Source: Aulosira sp. ZfuVER01
GTDB taxonomy: Bacteria > Cyanobacteriota > Cyanobacteriia > Cyanobacteriales > Nostocaceae
Direction of reading: 5' to 3'
Assembly: GCA_034530615.2 (NCBI GenBank)
Contig: JAVRCV020000041.1
Coordinates: 128,001 to 192,000 of the forward strand
DNA: 64,000 bases
Shown: positions 1 to 10,036 of the stretch, piece by piece
Numbering within the stretch: the stretch's first letter is position 1
Layout of the letters: each line of letters opens with the position of its first letter
Notes under the pieces: model-generated
What the model was told of the DNA's origin: nothing
What the model saw: only the letters and a program-made list of their open reading frames with translations
Database searches by the model: none
Made by a program: the position numbers and the translations under genes

Positions 1-95
1 AAAGAATAATATGAGAAGACTAAATAAAAAAGATGATTTTTAATAGCTGAAAATCTAAACAATTACCATGTGTTTGTCAAAAGTTATGCTAATAT

Positions 96-236
96 ATAGG
101 TGGGATCGTAAAGAACCTCTCAAATAGGAGGACGTGGCGACACCCTTAGCAGAAGTCTTGAGTTAAGAGTCATGCCAAACCAGGATCTTAGGAAGAGACG
201 ACTATGAGAGGTTTAGGCTAATAAAGCGATACCTGT
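96..236 (+). ncRNA. Candidate rod-like structured RNA, family unknown
   Basis: Nested complementary segments: 96-101/105-108 with 227-236; AACCTCTCA 114-122 with TGAGAGGTT 205-213; TGGCGAC 135-141 with GTC..GCCA 169-177; CTTAGC 145-150 with GTTAAG 162-167. GC content is higher than the flanks. Strand is inferred. Confidence 0.4.
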
Positions 237-283
237 AAACTCATGTTCGTGATGGAGGAACAGTTGGATCAAATTGTATTGCA

Positions 284-325
284 AAACTGAGGGGTTTAGT
301 TGCTATCAACTAGACCCCTTAGTTT
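284..325. terminator. Long stem-loop, probable intrinsic terminator
   Basis: AAACTGAGGGGTTTAGTTG-ctat-CAACTAGACCCCTTAGTTT: 19-bp stem with two G-U pairs on the + strand. Confidence 0.65.
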
Positions 326-359
326 ATGGGAACTCCAAAAAAAATTATCCGAATTATAT

Positions 360-923
360 ATGAAAAATAAAAACGATCGCTATTATCTGATAGTAGATTT
401 GGAAGCTACCTGTTGTGACGAAGGCACAGTTCCCAGGCATGAAATGGAAATCATTGAGATTGGTGCAGTAATGCTGAATCGCACAACATGGGAAATTGAT
501 TCAGAGTTTCAGCGATTTATCCAGCCTGTGAGACATCCGCAATTAACAAAATTTTGTACAAAATTAACTAGTATTACACAGCAAGATGTTGAGAAAGCAC
601 CACAATTTATAGATGCAATTTCTCACTTCCAAGAATGGATGAACTCATTTCCTAATCATATTTTTTGTTCTTGGGGAAACTACGATAAAAATCAATTTAT
701 TCAAGATTGTAAATATCACAATATTCCTTATCCTTTTGGGTCAGAGCATAAAAATATTAAAGAGGAATTCTCAGAATATCTTGGTGTATCCAAAAGATTT
801 GGTATGGCTCAGGCTCTAGAACATTTAGGTTTGGAGTTGCAAGGCACACACCATCGAGGTATTGATGATGCTCGCAATATCGCGGCTATCTATAGATATA
901 TGCAGACCCAAGCACGAAGTTAA
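360..923 (+). CDS. DEDDh 3'-5' exonuclease (ERI-1/KapD-like)
   Basis: Motifs IVDLEATC, EIIEIGAV, SWGNYD, HRGIDDARN. ATG at 360 preferred because the TTG at 300 lies inside the hairpin. Confidence 0.9.
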   Translation: MKNKNDRYYLIVDLEATCCDEGTVPRHEMEIIEIGAVMLNRTTWEIDSEFQRFIQPVRHPQLTKFCTKLTSITQQDVEKAPQFIDAISHFQEWMNSFPNHIFCSWGNYDKNQFIQDCKYHNIPYPFGSEHKNIKEEFSEYLGVSKRFGMAQALEHLGLELQGTHHRGIDDARNIAAIYRYMQTQARS

Positions 924-988
924 GTTATTGGCGAGAGAAAAAAGGTACACTGCATATTTAGCACAGGCGTGAATTAACCTGTTTTGAT

Positions 989-2398
989 ATGCAATTACCT
1001 AATCTTCTCAAAACTTCTGCCATTCTCCAAAAGCTGCATTGGATTGCCGATCCTATTGGATATATGGAAAAAGCAGCGCAACAATATCCGGATATTTTTA
1101 CAACTGTTCTTCTGAGTTCTCAAGACCCTTGGGTATTCGTAAATCATCCCCAAGCTATTCAAGAAATTTTAACAAACGATGCCTCCGGTAGTGGGCGAAG
1201 CGCCGGACGCAAGAAATTTGCTGCTTTAGGTATAAAAAACCAGATTTTGCAACCGTTAATTGGCGACTATTCAGTAGTTATGCTGGATGGCGATCGCCAC
1301 AAGCGGCGACGACAAATGGTAATGCCCTCATTTCATGGCGATCGGATGCGTTCCTATGGTGAGATTATTGGTAACATCACCGAAAAAGTGTTGCTTCAGT
1401 TACCAACAAACCAGCCCTTTACAGCTCGGACGGCGATGCAGGATATTTCCTTACAAGTCATTTTAGAAGCTGTATTTGGCTTGTATGAGGGAGAACGTTG
1501 CCAAAAACTCAAGCATCTGATGGCGTTGATGTCAGATGTATTTCGCTCACCTTTGACTTCTAGCTTCCTATTTTTTCCCTTTCTGCAAAAGGATTTAGGA
1601 GCTTGGAGTCCTTGGGGTAAATTTTTGCGCGATCGCGAGCAAATAGATCAATTGCTTTATGCAGAAATTGCCGAACGACGAGAAAAACCCAATCCCAATA
1701 GTATCGATATCCTCTCCTTACTGATGTCAGCGAGGGATGAAGAAGGCGAGCCGATGTCCGATCGAGAGTTACGGGATGAGTTGATGACTCTGCTATTTGC
1801 TGGACATGAAACTACAGCAACAGCAATGGCTTGGGCATTATATTGGATTCATCACCAGCCGGAAGTCCGCGAAAAATTGCTCCAAGAACTCGATACCTTG
1901 GGAGAAAATCCGGACCCCATGAGTATATTCCGCCTACCTTATCTCACCGCTGTTTGTAATGAAACCTTGCGGATTTACCCAGTTGCAATGTTGACCTTTG
2001 CTAGGGTAGTGCAAGAACCTGTGGAATTACTAGGACATTTGTTAGAGCCTGAGACAACAGTTGTTGGCTGTATGTATCTCGTTCATCAGCGTGAAGATTT
2101 ATATCCAGAACCGAAGCAGTTTAAACCAGAACGCTTTTTAGAACGGCAATTTTCTCCCTACGAATTTATTCCCTTTGGTGGTGGTTCCCGTCGCTGTATT
2201 GGCGAAGCTTTGGCTCAGTTTGAAATGAAGTTAGTAATAGCAAAAATCCTCTCAACTTATCAGCTGGCGCTAGTTGATAATCAACCAGAGCAACCCAAGC
2301 GCCGAGGTGTGACCCTTGCACCTGCCAATGGTGTCAAAATGGTGATTACAGGACAGCGTGCGCGTCAAGAGTCGCAACTGAGTATGGCAAGTACTTGA
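989..2398 (+). CDS. Cytochrome P450, CYP110-like
   Basis: AGHETT I-helix, ETLR, PERF, heme motif FGGGSRRCIG. Confidence 0.95.
   Translation: MQLPNLLKTSAILQKLHWIADPIGYMEKAAQQYPDIFTTVLLSSQDPWVFVNHPQAIQEILTNDASGSGRSAGRKKFAALGIKNQILQPLIGDYSVVMLDGDRHKRRRQMVMPSFHGDRMRSYGEIIGNITEKVLLQLPTNQPFTARTAMQDISLQVILEAVFGLYEGERCQKLKHLMALMSDVFRSPLTSSFLFFPFLQKDLGAWSPWGKFLRDREQIDQLLYAEIAERREKPNPNSIDILSLLMSARDEEGEPMSDRELRDELMTLLFAGHETTATAMAWALYWIHHQPEVREKLLQELDTLGENPDPMSIFRLPYLTAVCNETLRIYPVAMLTFARVVQEPVELLGHLLEPETTVVGCMYLVHQREDLYPEPKQFKPERFLERQFSPYEFIPFGGGSRRCIGEALAQFEMKLVIAKILSTYQLALVDNQPEQPKRRGVTLAPANGVKMVITGQRARQESQLSMAST
1181..1207. mobile_element. 27-bp small dispersed repeat inserted in frame into a HIP1-like site
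   Basis: ACGAT^CGC is split by GCCTCCGGTAGTGGGCGAAGCGCCGGA, adding ASGSGRSAG that is absent from the paralog at 18089. Confidence 0.65.
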
Positions 2399-2497
2399 GG
2401 AGATAGGGGGAAGGAAGCAGGGGTGCAAAGGAACAAGGAGGATAACTCTTTACTATTGCCTTTTAACTGTTGACCCTTGACTTTTGGCTCTGATTAA

Positions 2498-3634
2498 CTA
2501 TCTTGCCATTTGATTTAATTGCGTCCTCAATGTACCTTCTGCGGTATTCACAAAAGTGTCTCTATCTTGAATGATTGCCTGAGGTATGAGCAGAGGAGAA
2601 TTTGTGCTTACCCCAGGCATTTTTTTCACAGCAGTACCGATCGCCATAAATTCAATAATGCCACTGCCCAACTGATAAACGTAAGTTTTGATACCAACTA
2701 CTTGGTCAGCACCGCATTTGCGCGCATCTTCAGCAATGTGGGCGATCGCTTGTTCGCGGGCTTCATAAATTAGGGTAGTTAGTTCTGTAATCTCACCGCG
2801 TACAAAAGATTTGAAGGCTGATGTAATTCCCCCTACCAAGCCAAGAGAATACACTGAAACACCTAATACCAACTGCAACGGCATATAACCCAGATTGATC
2901 AGGTTCCACATTTCTTGATTAGTTAAATCGCTGGCGATCGGACTCTGGCTAAAACCTGGTGCTAGTGCTGGATGATGTGAAGCCGTCCCAATCATTACCA
3001 TCTCTTGCATACCAGCGAACGGCACAATCGAAGTTTTGATTCCTACTACGGCATTGGCTCCCGCAGTCCGGGCTTCAGATTTAATTCGCTTCAGCGCTAA
3101 ATGGCGAGTTTCATTGAATATCTGCGAAAATTCCTTGATTTCTCCCCGCTTTAAACTTTTTAGTGACCCGATTATGCCACCACTTAACCCAGTCGAGTAC
3201 GCAACGTTTCCAAAGACAAACTTTTTAGGTTCAAATCCCGCATCTATTTGGCAGTAAAGTTCCTGTCCATCTGCTGAGGAAGAAAATTTCAATTGCTCAG
3301 ACTTTTCCGCCTCTTGGTGTACGCAGGAGCCGATAGAAAGAAATTCCACATTACCGACTTGTTGTACTAATTCATTTGTAACGCCTGTAATCCCAATACC
3401 ACCGTGCTTCTGTGCTTCAGCTACCATCCTGGCATAAGCTTTTTCCCTTCCTTCATGAATGATGCTGGTAACTTGGGTTACTTCTCCCCCCACAATCGTT
3501 TTCAACCCAGATGCGATTCCCCCAATTAGCCCCAGAGAAAAAACACTATTGCCAATCACCAAATCTCCTGGATGCATACCTTGTTGGTGTAGGCAGAAGA
3601 TTTCATTTCCTGACAGTCCACTAATTGCAGCCAT
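2498..3634 (-). CDS. YbjQ/UPF0145-family (heavy-metal-binding-like) protein with three tandem domains
   Basis: Three repeats of the pattern G(N/V)-(S)V(F/Y)S.G..GGI...K....GE...........R..A and GA..VVGIK. Confidence 0.75.
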   Translation of the reverse strand: MAAISGLSGNEIFCLHQQGMHPGDLVIGNSVFSLGLIGGIASGLKTIVGGEVTQVTSIIHEGREKAYARMVAEAQKHGGIGITGVTNELVQQVGNVEFLSIGSCVHQEAEKSEQLKFSSSADGQELYCQIDAGFEPKKFVFGNVAYSTGLSGGIIGSLKSLKRGEIKEFSQIFNETRHLALKRIKSEARTAGANAVVGIKTSIVPFAGMQEMVMIGTASHHPALAPGFSQSPIASDLTNQEMWNLINLGYMPLQLVLGVSVYSLGLVGGITSAFKSFVRGEITELTTLIYEAREQAIAHIAEDARKCGADQVVGIKTYVYQLGSGIIEFMAIGTAVKKMPGVSTNSPLLIPQAIIQDRDTFVNTAEGTLRTQLNQMAR

Positions 3635-3842
3635 ATCTTAATTTTTAGTTATTTTAAATACAGTATCAATTCTAAGTACAAGATATTAGGTATCAGACCA
3701 AATGGGTATTTGATTTTTGACTACCAAGATAGTGGTACTCGAGTTAATTCGAGCTTAAATTATCTAACCTGTCGTAATATTACCGATTACTAAATTAATT
3801 ATTAGCCGTTATATAGATAATATCAGTATTAAAAAACTAGAT

Positions 3843-5453
3843 ATGATTCAAATCAGCCTAAAAAAGCTTCTTGCGAAAGAAACCGTGGCTGCTATTGTTA
3901 AAAGCACTATCAATGTTTTAGATCGACCTACAGCAATTTTGGATAGTTCTGGCAAATTATTGCTGGGAGAAATTAGTGAAAATTCGACATTTTCATATCC
4001 TGTAGAAATAAGAGAAGAATTGATTGGAGCAGTAAATGGTAGTGAAGATGCTGCTTTGCTAGCAGATCTGCTCGTTCATTTAGCAACTCAAGAGATTGAG
4101 AAAAAAGCTCTGGCATCTGAACTTCTAGATAAATATCGAGAAATTAGCCTTCTTTATAACCTTTCTGAAGAATTATCTGGAAGCCTAGATATTCAACACA
4201 TCGCCAAGTTGGTATTTGAAGAAGCGCAAAAACTGATCAAAGTTACAGATACCTCACTAATATTATTAAATAAAGACACAAATAATCTAGACATAGTCTT
4301 CACGTATGGAACACGTTATAAACCACAAGCCAGCATAAAAGCTGAGGAGGGAATTGTTGGTAGCGTTGTGCATACGGGAAGGGCAGAAATCGTGAATGAT
4401 GTATTGTCCGATCCTAGATATATTGAGAGAGAAACCCAAATCAGTTCTTTAATTTGTGCTCCTTTGAAGATTAGAAATGAGGTAATTGGCGCCATCGAAC
4501 TGAGCAGTAAAATATTTGTTGAATATACCTCAGCAGATCTCAAACTACTTACGACCTTAGCCTCACAAGCTGCTGCTGCAATTGAAAATGCGATTCGGCA
4601 TAAAAATCAGATTAAAGAAGCGATCGCTCGCAGCGAGATGCTAAAAGGTCAGCAAATGCAGAAAGACTTTTTACCAGAGCGATTACCAGAAATTCCCGGT
4701 TGGAATTTAGCAGCAGTTTTTGCTCCAGCTCGTCAAGTTGCAGGTGATTTCTATGACGCTTTTTTACTTCCTAATAACCACTTGGGTTTAGTAATTGCTG
4801 ATGTTTGCGATAAAGGTGTGGGTTCGGCACTTTTTATGGCGCTATTCCGTAGTCTAATTCGGATATTTTCTGGTCAAACATATCTCAGTAAAGATTGTCA
4901 TCCTTATCAAGAGACAACAACTAATTTAACTCTAGATTCCCATCAGCATTTAGCTCATAAGCATGAGATTGGCAATCCTTTAAAAACTGTGGAGATGACT
5001 AACAATTATGTGGCTCACAATCATAGTAATTTAAATATGTTCGCCACCCTATTCTTTGGGGTATTAGACATTAATACAGGACTATTAAATTATGTTAATG
5101 GCGGACACGAACCTCTATTAATTATTGACGTAAAAGGAGTGAAACAACATCTGAAACCGACTGGACCAGCAGTTGGTATTATGCCGAACATGCAATTTAA
5201 AATGGAACAGATTTACCTAGAAGCAGGTGATATTTTATTTGGTTATACAGATGGGGTGACAGATGCCCGCAATCCTCAAGGAAAATTTTTCAGTCAAGAT
5301 AGATTGTTATCTATATTAGATAGAGCAGAACTACAATTTACTAACTTACTAGACAAAATTCAAGGCAATTTAATGGCTCATATTGATGAAGCAGATCAAT
5401 TTGATGACATTACAATGCTAGCAATACACAGAGAATATTTAGCTAATGAATGA
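3843..5453 (+). CDS. GAF + SpoIIE/RsbU-type PP2C phosphatase
   Basis: VAGDFYD, IADVCDKGVGSALFM, YVNGGHEP, YTDGVTDA, DDITML; upstream GAF domain. Confidence 0.92.
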   Translation: MIQISLKKLLAKETVAAIVKSTINVLDRPTAILDSSGKLLLGEISENSTFSYPVEIREELIGAVNGSEDAALLADLLVHLATQEIEKKALASELLDKYREISLLYNLSEELSGSLDIQHIAKLVFEEAQKLIKVTDTSLILLNKDTNNLDIVFTYGTRYKPQASIKAEEGIVGSVVHTGRAEIVNDVLSDPRYIERETQISSLICAPLKIRNEVIGAIELSSKIFVEYTSADLKLLTTLASQAAAAIENAIRHKNQIKEAIARSEMLKGQQMQKDFLPERLPEIPGWNLAAVFAPARQVAGDFYDAFLLPNNHLGLVIADVCDKGVGSALFMALFRSLIRIFSGQTYLSKDCHPYQETTTNLTLDSHQHLAHKHEIGNPLKTVEMTNNYVAHNHSNLNMFATLFFGVLDINTGLLNYVNGGHEPLLIIDVKGVKQHLKPTGPAVGIMPNMQFKMEQIYLEAGDILFGYTDGVTDARNPQGKFFSQDRLLSILDRAELQFTNLLDKIQGNLMAHIDEADQFDDITMLAIHREYLANE

Positions 5454-6588
5454 TTTGGGCTTGCAAAAAGCATTTCCCTTACTATTATTAATTGCTGCTG
5501 GCTATTGCCTGCAAAACAAGTTTCAAGAAGCGGCTGCTGTTGGGGCTTTAAAAACATTTATTGTAAATGCTGCATTGCCAGGAATGATTTTTTTATCAAT
5601 TCTAGATATTGATACCAAAATTTCTTTATTATATTTAGCATTATTAGCATTATTAATTAATATTTATTTCTTAGCAGTCAGCTTTGGATTAGCGCGTCTG
5701 ATTATCCCTAATAAAGAGCAACGCAAAGCTCGTTCGCTAATTTTGATGTTTCCATCTTTAGGTACTGGATTAACAACTTACCCATTTGTCGAAGAATTTT
5801 TAGGAAAAACAAGCCTAGCAGAAGTAGCAGTAGCAGATATTGGTAACAAAATGTTTGTGCTGATTGGACTTTATGCTTTAGCAATGTATTGGTTTTATCA
5901 AAGAACGGCTGCATCTACAAAACAACCAACTCAATGGCACAAAGTGATGTTGGGTTTATTAAACGAACCGATGAACATGGCGATTCTTTTAGGACTGTTC
6001 TTAGTAATATTTAATCTCAACACAGCTGTTCCTGCAATAGCTTTAGATGCGGTAAAAAAATTAGCAGCTTGTAGTACACCGCTAATTCTATTTTTTGTGG
6101 GTGTTTCCCTGAATATTCAGGGGTTGGAATTAAAAACAATCGGTACTGTTTTGTTGCTGCGATCGTCATTGGGATTTTGGTTTAGTGCAGCAGCGATCGC
6201 ATTTATTCACCCCAGTTCGGGAATTAATTTCTTACTCATCGCCATCTTACCTCAAGCTGGTTTAAGCGTTTGGCCTTTAATTTATGCTTCTCAAATCAAC
6301 ACCCAAGAAATCCAGCAAATGCAAGGCGAAAATCTCCGTCGTCCAACAACTTTTGATACAGAATTTGCCTTGGGGCTATTAGCGATCTCGATTCCCTTTT
6401 CAATCTGCATTATTTTATTTGTTTTATGTCAAGGTAGTTTCTTTACTACTTCACAACATTTATTTTTGCTTGGGAGTTTAGTTTTGCTAGCTGCAGGATT
6501 ATGGCAATTTGGTTGGCAATTTATGAAATCAAAGTTATCAATTTTTAAACATCAAAATCTATTAAAAGCTGACACCAGTGATAGCTAA
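5446..6588 (+). CDS. AEC-family (auxin efflux carrier/malate permease-like) transporter
   Basis: About 10 hydrophobic segments; NAALPGMIF, YPFVEEFLG, PLILFFVG patterns; overlaps the upstream stop. Confidence 0.7.
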   Translation: MNDLGLQKAFPLLLLIAAGYCLQNKFQEAAAVGALKTFIVNAALPGMIFLSILDIDTKISLLYLALLALLINIYFLAVSFGLARLIIPNKEQRKARSLILMFPSLGTGLTTYPFVEEFLGKTSLAEVAVADIGNKMFVLIGLYALAMYWFYQRTAASTKQPTQWHKVMLGLLNEPMNMAILLGLFLVIFNLNTAVPAIALDAVKKLAACSTPLILFFVGVSLNIQGLELKTIGTVLLLRSSLGFWFSAAAIAFIHPSSGINFLLIAILPQAGLSVWPLIYASQINTQEIQQMQGENLRRPTTFDTEFALGLLAISIPFSICIILFVLCQGSFFTTSQHLFLLGSLVLLAAGLWQFGWQFMKSKLSIFKHQNLLKADTSDS

Positions 6589-6622
6589 TTTTTAATTTTT
6601 AATTAAAAAGGGTAGTAAGATT

Positions 6623-9600
6623 ATGTCTAATTGGTGCAACCTAAAGTTCTGGCGGCATAAATATAAATACCCGTGGCAGTCTCGCCGTGATGTTTCCTTA
6701 TTATTAATCGCTGGCATGATTTTAGTAGTAGGAACAACTGCTGTAGCCAGCTATTGGTTTGTCAGGAACCTGATATTAAAAGGGTTACAGGAAAATGCCC
6801 TGTTGCGCGTACAGCAGGCGGGATATGAAATCGATCAGTGGTTGGCGACGCTGTTAGCACAAGTGGAAGTTGTAGCTAATAATCAAACAGTACGCAGTTT
6901 AAACTGGTCGCAGGCAGAACCTTACTTGCAACTGGAAATTAATCATTTGCCAGATATAAATTCATTTTTGCTGGCTCTACCAAATGGCTCTTACTACACT
7001 ACTAAAGCTGGTTTTGTTAGGGATCGAAATATTAGCGATCGCCGTCATTTTCAGCAAGCAATCACCGGAAATACCCTCGTAGACGATCCTGTAGTTTCTC
7101 GCTCTACAGGTATCCGCCATGTCAACATTGCCGTACCGATTTGGTCAGTGTCGCCTTTACGGCACATTCCACTGGATGCCGAAGCCGCTCAAGTTCGTGC
7201 CCGTAGTTTACAAGCATTAGGTTTTGCTATTACTGCCGATCAAAAGCCCAAACCTATTGGCGAACTCTCCGGTCAAGTAGCTGTAGACCGAATTTCGCAA
7301 GTAATTGCTTCTACCCACTTCAGCCAAGGAAGTTATGCCTTTGCCCTCGATTCCCAAGGATTTCCGATCGCGCATCAGGATACAACTATCGACCAGAAAA
7401 AAAGTTTCTTTAATGCACCAGATCCAGTGTTAGCCAAAATTGCCCAGAACATGGTTAATGGCAAGCACGGAACTCAATTAGTGCGGTTTCAGGGGCAGGA
7501 AAGCTCGGTTTACGTAGCCTATGCTCCTCTCAAGTATGCCAAGTGGTCAGTGGCATTAGTGATTCCCCGTGAGAAGCTAGAAGAAAATCTTTATGCTCTT
7601 AATCTGCTAGCTGTAGTGGTAGGAGGTTTGTTGGTATTAGCTACCATTACAGCTATACGCCAAATCAAAGCTTTTGAGCGCACCCGTGCCCAAGCCGAGC
7701 AGGAGGGGCTGGTGAATCGCATCACAGCTCGCATTCGGGAGTCTTTGGATCTACAAACCACCTTGCAAACTACGGTGAAAGAAGTAGCCAATCTCCTGGA
7801 TCTCAACCGCGTCATGTTCGGTTGGTATCACCCAGAAAATCGCAGTCTAGAAGTCACTTGCGAGCATCGGTTGCCAAATCTGGATGCGATCGCTGGAATT
7901 TTGAACTTGGATGACTTTGGCGACTTGGCCGAACGCTTGGGGCAAAAGCAGATTGTACGTTGCAACGAAGTAAAGGTGAATACTGCCAGTCAGCAAGCGC
8001 AAATCGGTAGTTGTATAGCTTTACCTGTCTTAATTCCTGGCGATCGAGATCCTGGTTATCTGATATGCTCTCGCTCCCATGCTTGGGTGTGGCAAGAATG
8101 GGAAGTTGAACTGTTGGAAGTTGTAGCCGAGCGAGTAGCGATCGCCATCAAACAAGCACAACTTTATACCCAAACCCAAGAACAGTTTGCGATTGTCAGC
8201 AATCAAGCCGAGCAATTAACAGCAACCACCACCCAATTACAAGATACTTTGGGGTACGTCAGCGCCATTATCAAGAGTTTGGGCGATGCTTTGCTAGTCG
8301 TAGATCCTGATGGCAAGATTGCTCAATATAACCCAGCGCTTACCTGCTTTTTAGAGCTAGCAGACGAGAATTTAGTCGGTATGGATGCACAAACGCTATT
8401 TAATGGTGCGATCGCTAAACTCGTAGCCCTAACTAGCAGTAACTGTCAGGAAATGTTCGCTGCTGAGGTAGAACTGGCTCAAGGACGTGTTGGTAAAGCT
8501 GTAGCTACAGCTATGCTGAAAGACTCGCAACATAATGGTGATATTAGCTACATTGGCTCCGTAATTTTAATCCGGGATATTACTTTTGAAAAAGAAGTAG
8601 ATCGCATGAAGACGGACTTTATTTCTACGGTCTCCCATGAATTAAGAACTCCCCTCACCTCTGTGATTGGTTTTGCCAAATTAATTAAGAAAAAACTCGA
8701 CGAAACTTTATTTCCCTTATTATCTACCGATGATAAAAAGATACAGCGTTCTATGCGGCAGGTGTCAGAAAATGTCAGCATCATCATTTCCGAAGGTGAG
8801 CGACTAAAAGCTCTGATTAACGACATCCTCGACTTGGCAAAAATTGAGGCGGGGAAGGTGCAGTGGAATATGCAATCTCTCTGTGTCCCAAAAATGCTAG
8901 AGCAAGCATTTGCTGCTACTACTGCTCTATTTGAACAAAAAAGTCTACAGCTAATCCCAGAGATAGAACCAGAATTACCAGAAATCATTGGCGATCGCGA
9001 ACGTCTGATTCAAGTCATCATTAATCTCATCTCTAATGCAGTCAAATTTACAACCACGGGTTCGATTATTTGTCAAGCCAAAGTAATAGATAAAGAAATA
9101 ATTATTAGTATTATTGATAGCGGTATTGGTATTGCTCAAGAAGACCAAAATAAAGTTTTTGAAAAATTTAAACAAGTAGGTGATACCCTCACTGATAAAC
9201 CTCAAGGGACTGGTTTAGGGCTACCGATTTCTAAAGAAATTATCGAACATCACAATGGGCGTATTTGGGTAGAAAGCGAACTGGGTAAAGGTAGTAATTT
9301 TTCTTTCAGCTTACCTATTCCTCAGGAACCAATCAAGGGTGTCAAAACCATCGATATCGAAAGTTTAATTCAGCAATTAAATTTCCCTAATCCTCTTCCT
9401 CAAAACGTTGCTGAAAATGAGCAGAAAACTATTCTAATCGTAGATGATGAAGCTGCAATGCGAGAATTGGCTAAACAATATCTCAGTTCGGAAGGCTATA
9501 AAATTATCGAAGCAAAAGATGGTTTAGAGGCTATCGAATTAGTCAAACAAGAGCTTCCAGATTTGATATTACTTGATGTGATGATGCCTAGAATGAACGG

Positions 9601-10036
9601 TTTTGACACAGCCGCAGTCCTCAAAAACGATCCGCATACCATGCATATTCCCATTATTATTTTGTCAGTTGTAGAAGACGAAAATCGTGGTTATGCACTT
9701 GGAGTAGATCGATTTTTAAACAAGCCGATTAATGCTGAAGAATTGCTGAAAGAAGTAGCTAATTTGATGTCTTTTGGACGCTCGCAAAAACGTGTGCTAA
9801 TCGTAGATGAAAATGTTCCTACTAGCAAAACTTTAGCTGAGGCATTACGAGCAAAAGGTTTCGGCATTGTAGAAGCGTTCAACTATCAAGATTCTATTGA
9901 AAAAGCTATGTCTGACAGACCCGATTTAATTATTGTAGATTCCTTAGTTTCTTCTCGTCATAGTCTGGTCAGAACCTTACGATTTGAGAAAGGTTTAGAA
10001 AATTTATTTTTTATACTTTTAGAGGAAAAAAAATAA
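6623..10036 (+). CDS. Membrane hybrid sensor histidine kinase (dCache-GAF-PAS-HisKA-HATPase-REC-degenerate REC)
   Basis: Two TM helices flank a Cache-like region; SHELRTPL, NLISNAVKF, DSGIGI, GTGLGL; LDVMMP receiver; second short receiver at the C-terminus. Confidence 0.92.
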   Translation: MSNWCNLKFWRHKYKYPWQSRRDVSLLLIAGMILVVGTTAVASYWFVRNLILKGLQENALLRVQQAGYEIDQWLATLLAQVEVVANNQTVRSLNWSQAEPYLQLEINHLPDINSFLLALPNGSYYTTKAGFVRDRNISDRRHFQQAITGNTLVDDPVVSRSTGIRHVNIAVPIWSVSPLRHIPLDAEAAQVRARSLQALGFAITADQKPKPIGELSGQVAVDRISQVIASTHFSQGSYAFALDSQGFPIAHQDTTIDQKKSFFNAPDPVLAKIAQNMVNGKHGTQLVRFQGQESSVYVAYAPLKYAKWSVALVIPREKLEENLYALNLLAVVVGGLLVLATITAIRQIKAFERTRAQAEQEGLVNRITARIRESLDLQTTLQTTVKEVANLLDLNRVMFGWYHPENRSLEVTCEHRLPNLDAIAGILNLDDFGDLAERLGQKQIVRCNEVKVNTASQQAQIGSCIALPVLIPGDRDPGYLICSRSHAWVWQEWEVELLEVVAERVAIAIKQAQLYTQTQEQFAIVSNQAEQLTATTTQLQDTLGYVSAIIKSLGDALLVVDPDGKIAQYNPALTCFLELADENLVGMDAQTLFNGAIAKLVALTSSNCQEMFAAEVELAQGRVGKAVATAMLKDSQHNGDISYIGSVILIRDITFEKEVDRMKTDFISTVSHELRTPLTSVIGFAKLIKKKLDETLFPLLSTDDKKIQRSMRQVSENVSIIISEGERLKALINDILDLAKIEAGKVQWNMQSLCVPKMLEQAFAATTALFEQKSLQLIPEIEPELPEIIGDRERLIQVIINLISNAVKFTTTGSIICQAKVIDKEIIISIIDSGIGIAQEDQNKVFEKFKQVGDTLTDKPQGTGLGLPISKEIIEHHNGRIWVESELGKGSNFSFSLPIPQEPIKGVKTIDIESLIQQLNFPNPLPQNVAENEQKTILIVDDEAAMRELAKQYLSSEGYKIIEAKDGLEAIELVKQELPDLILLDVMMPRMNGFDTAAVLKNDPHTMHIPIIILSVVEDENRGYALGVDRFLNKPINAEELLKEVANLMSFGRSQKRVLIVDENVPTSKTLAEALRAKGFGIVEAFNYQDSIEKAMSDRPDLIIVDSLVSSRHSLVRTLRFEKGLENLFFILLEEKK

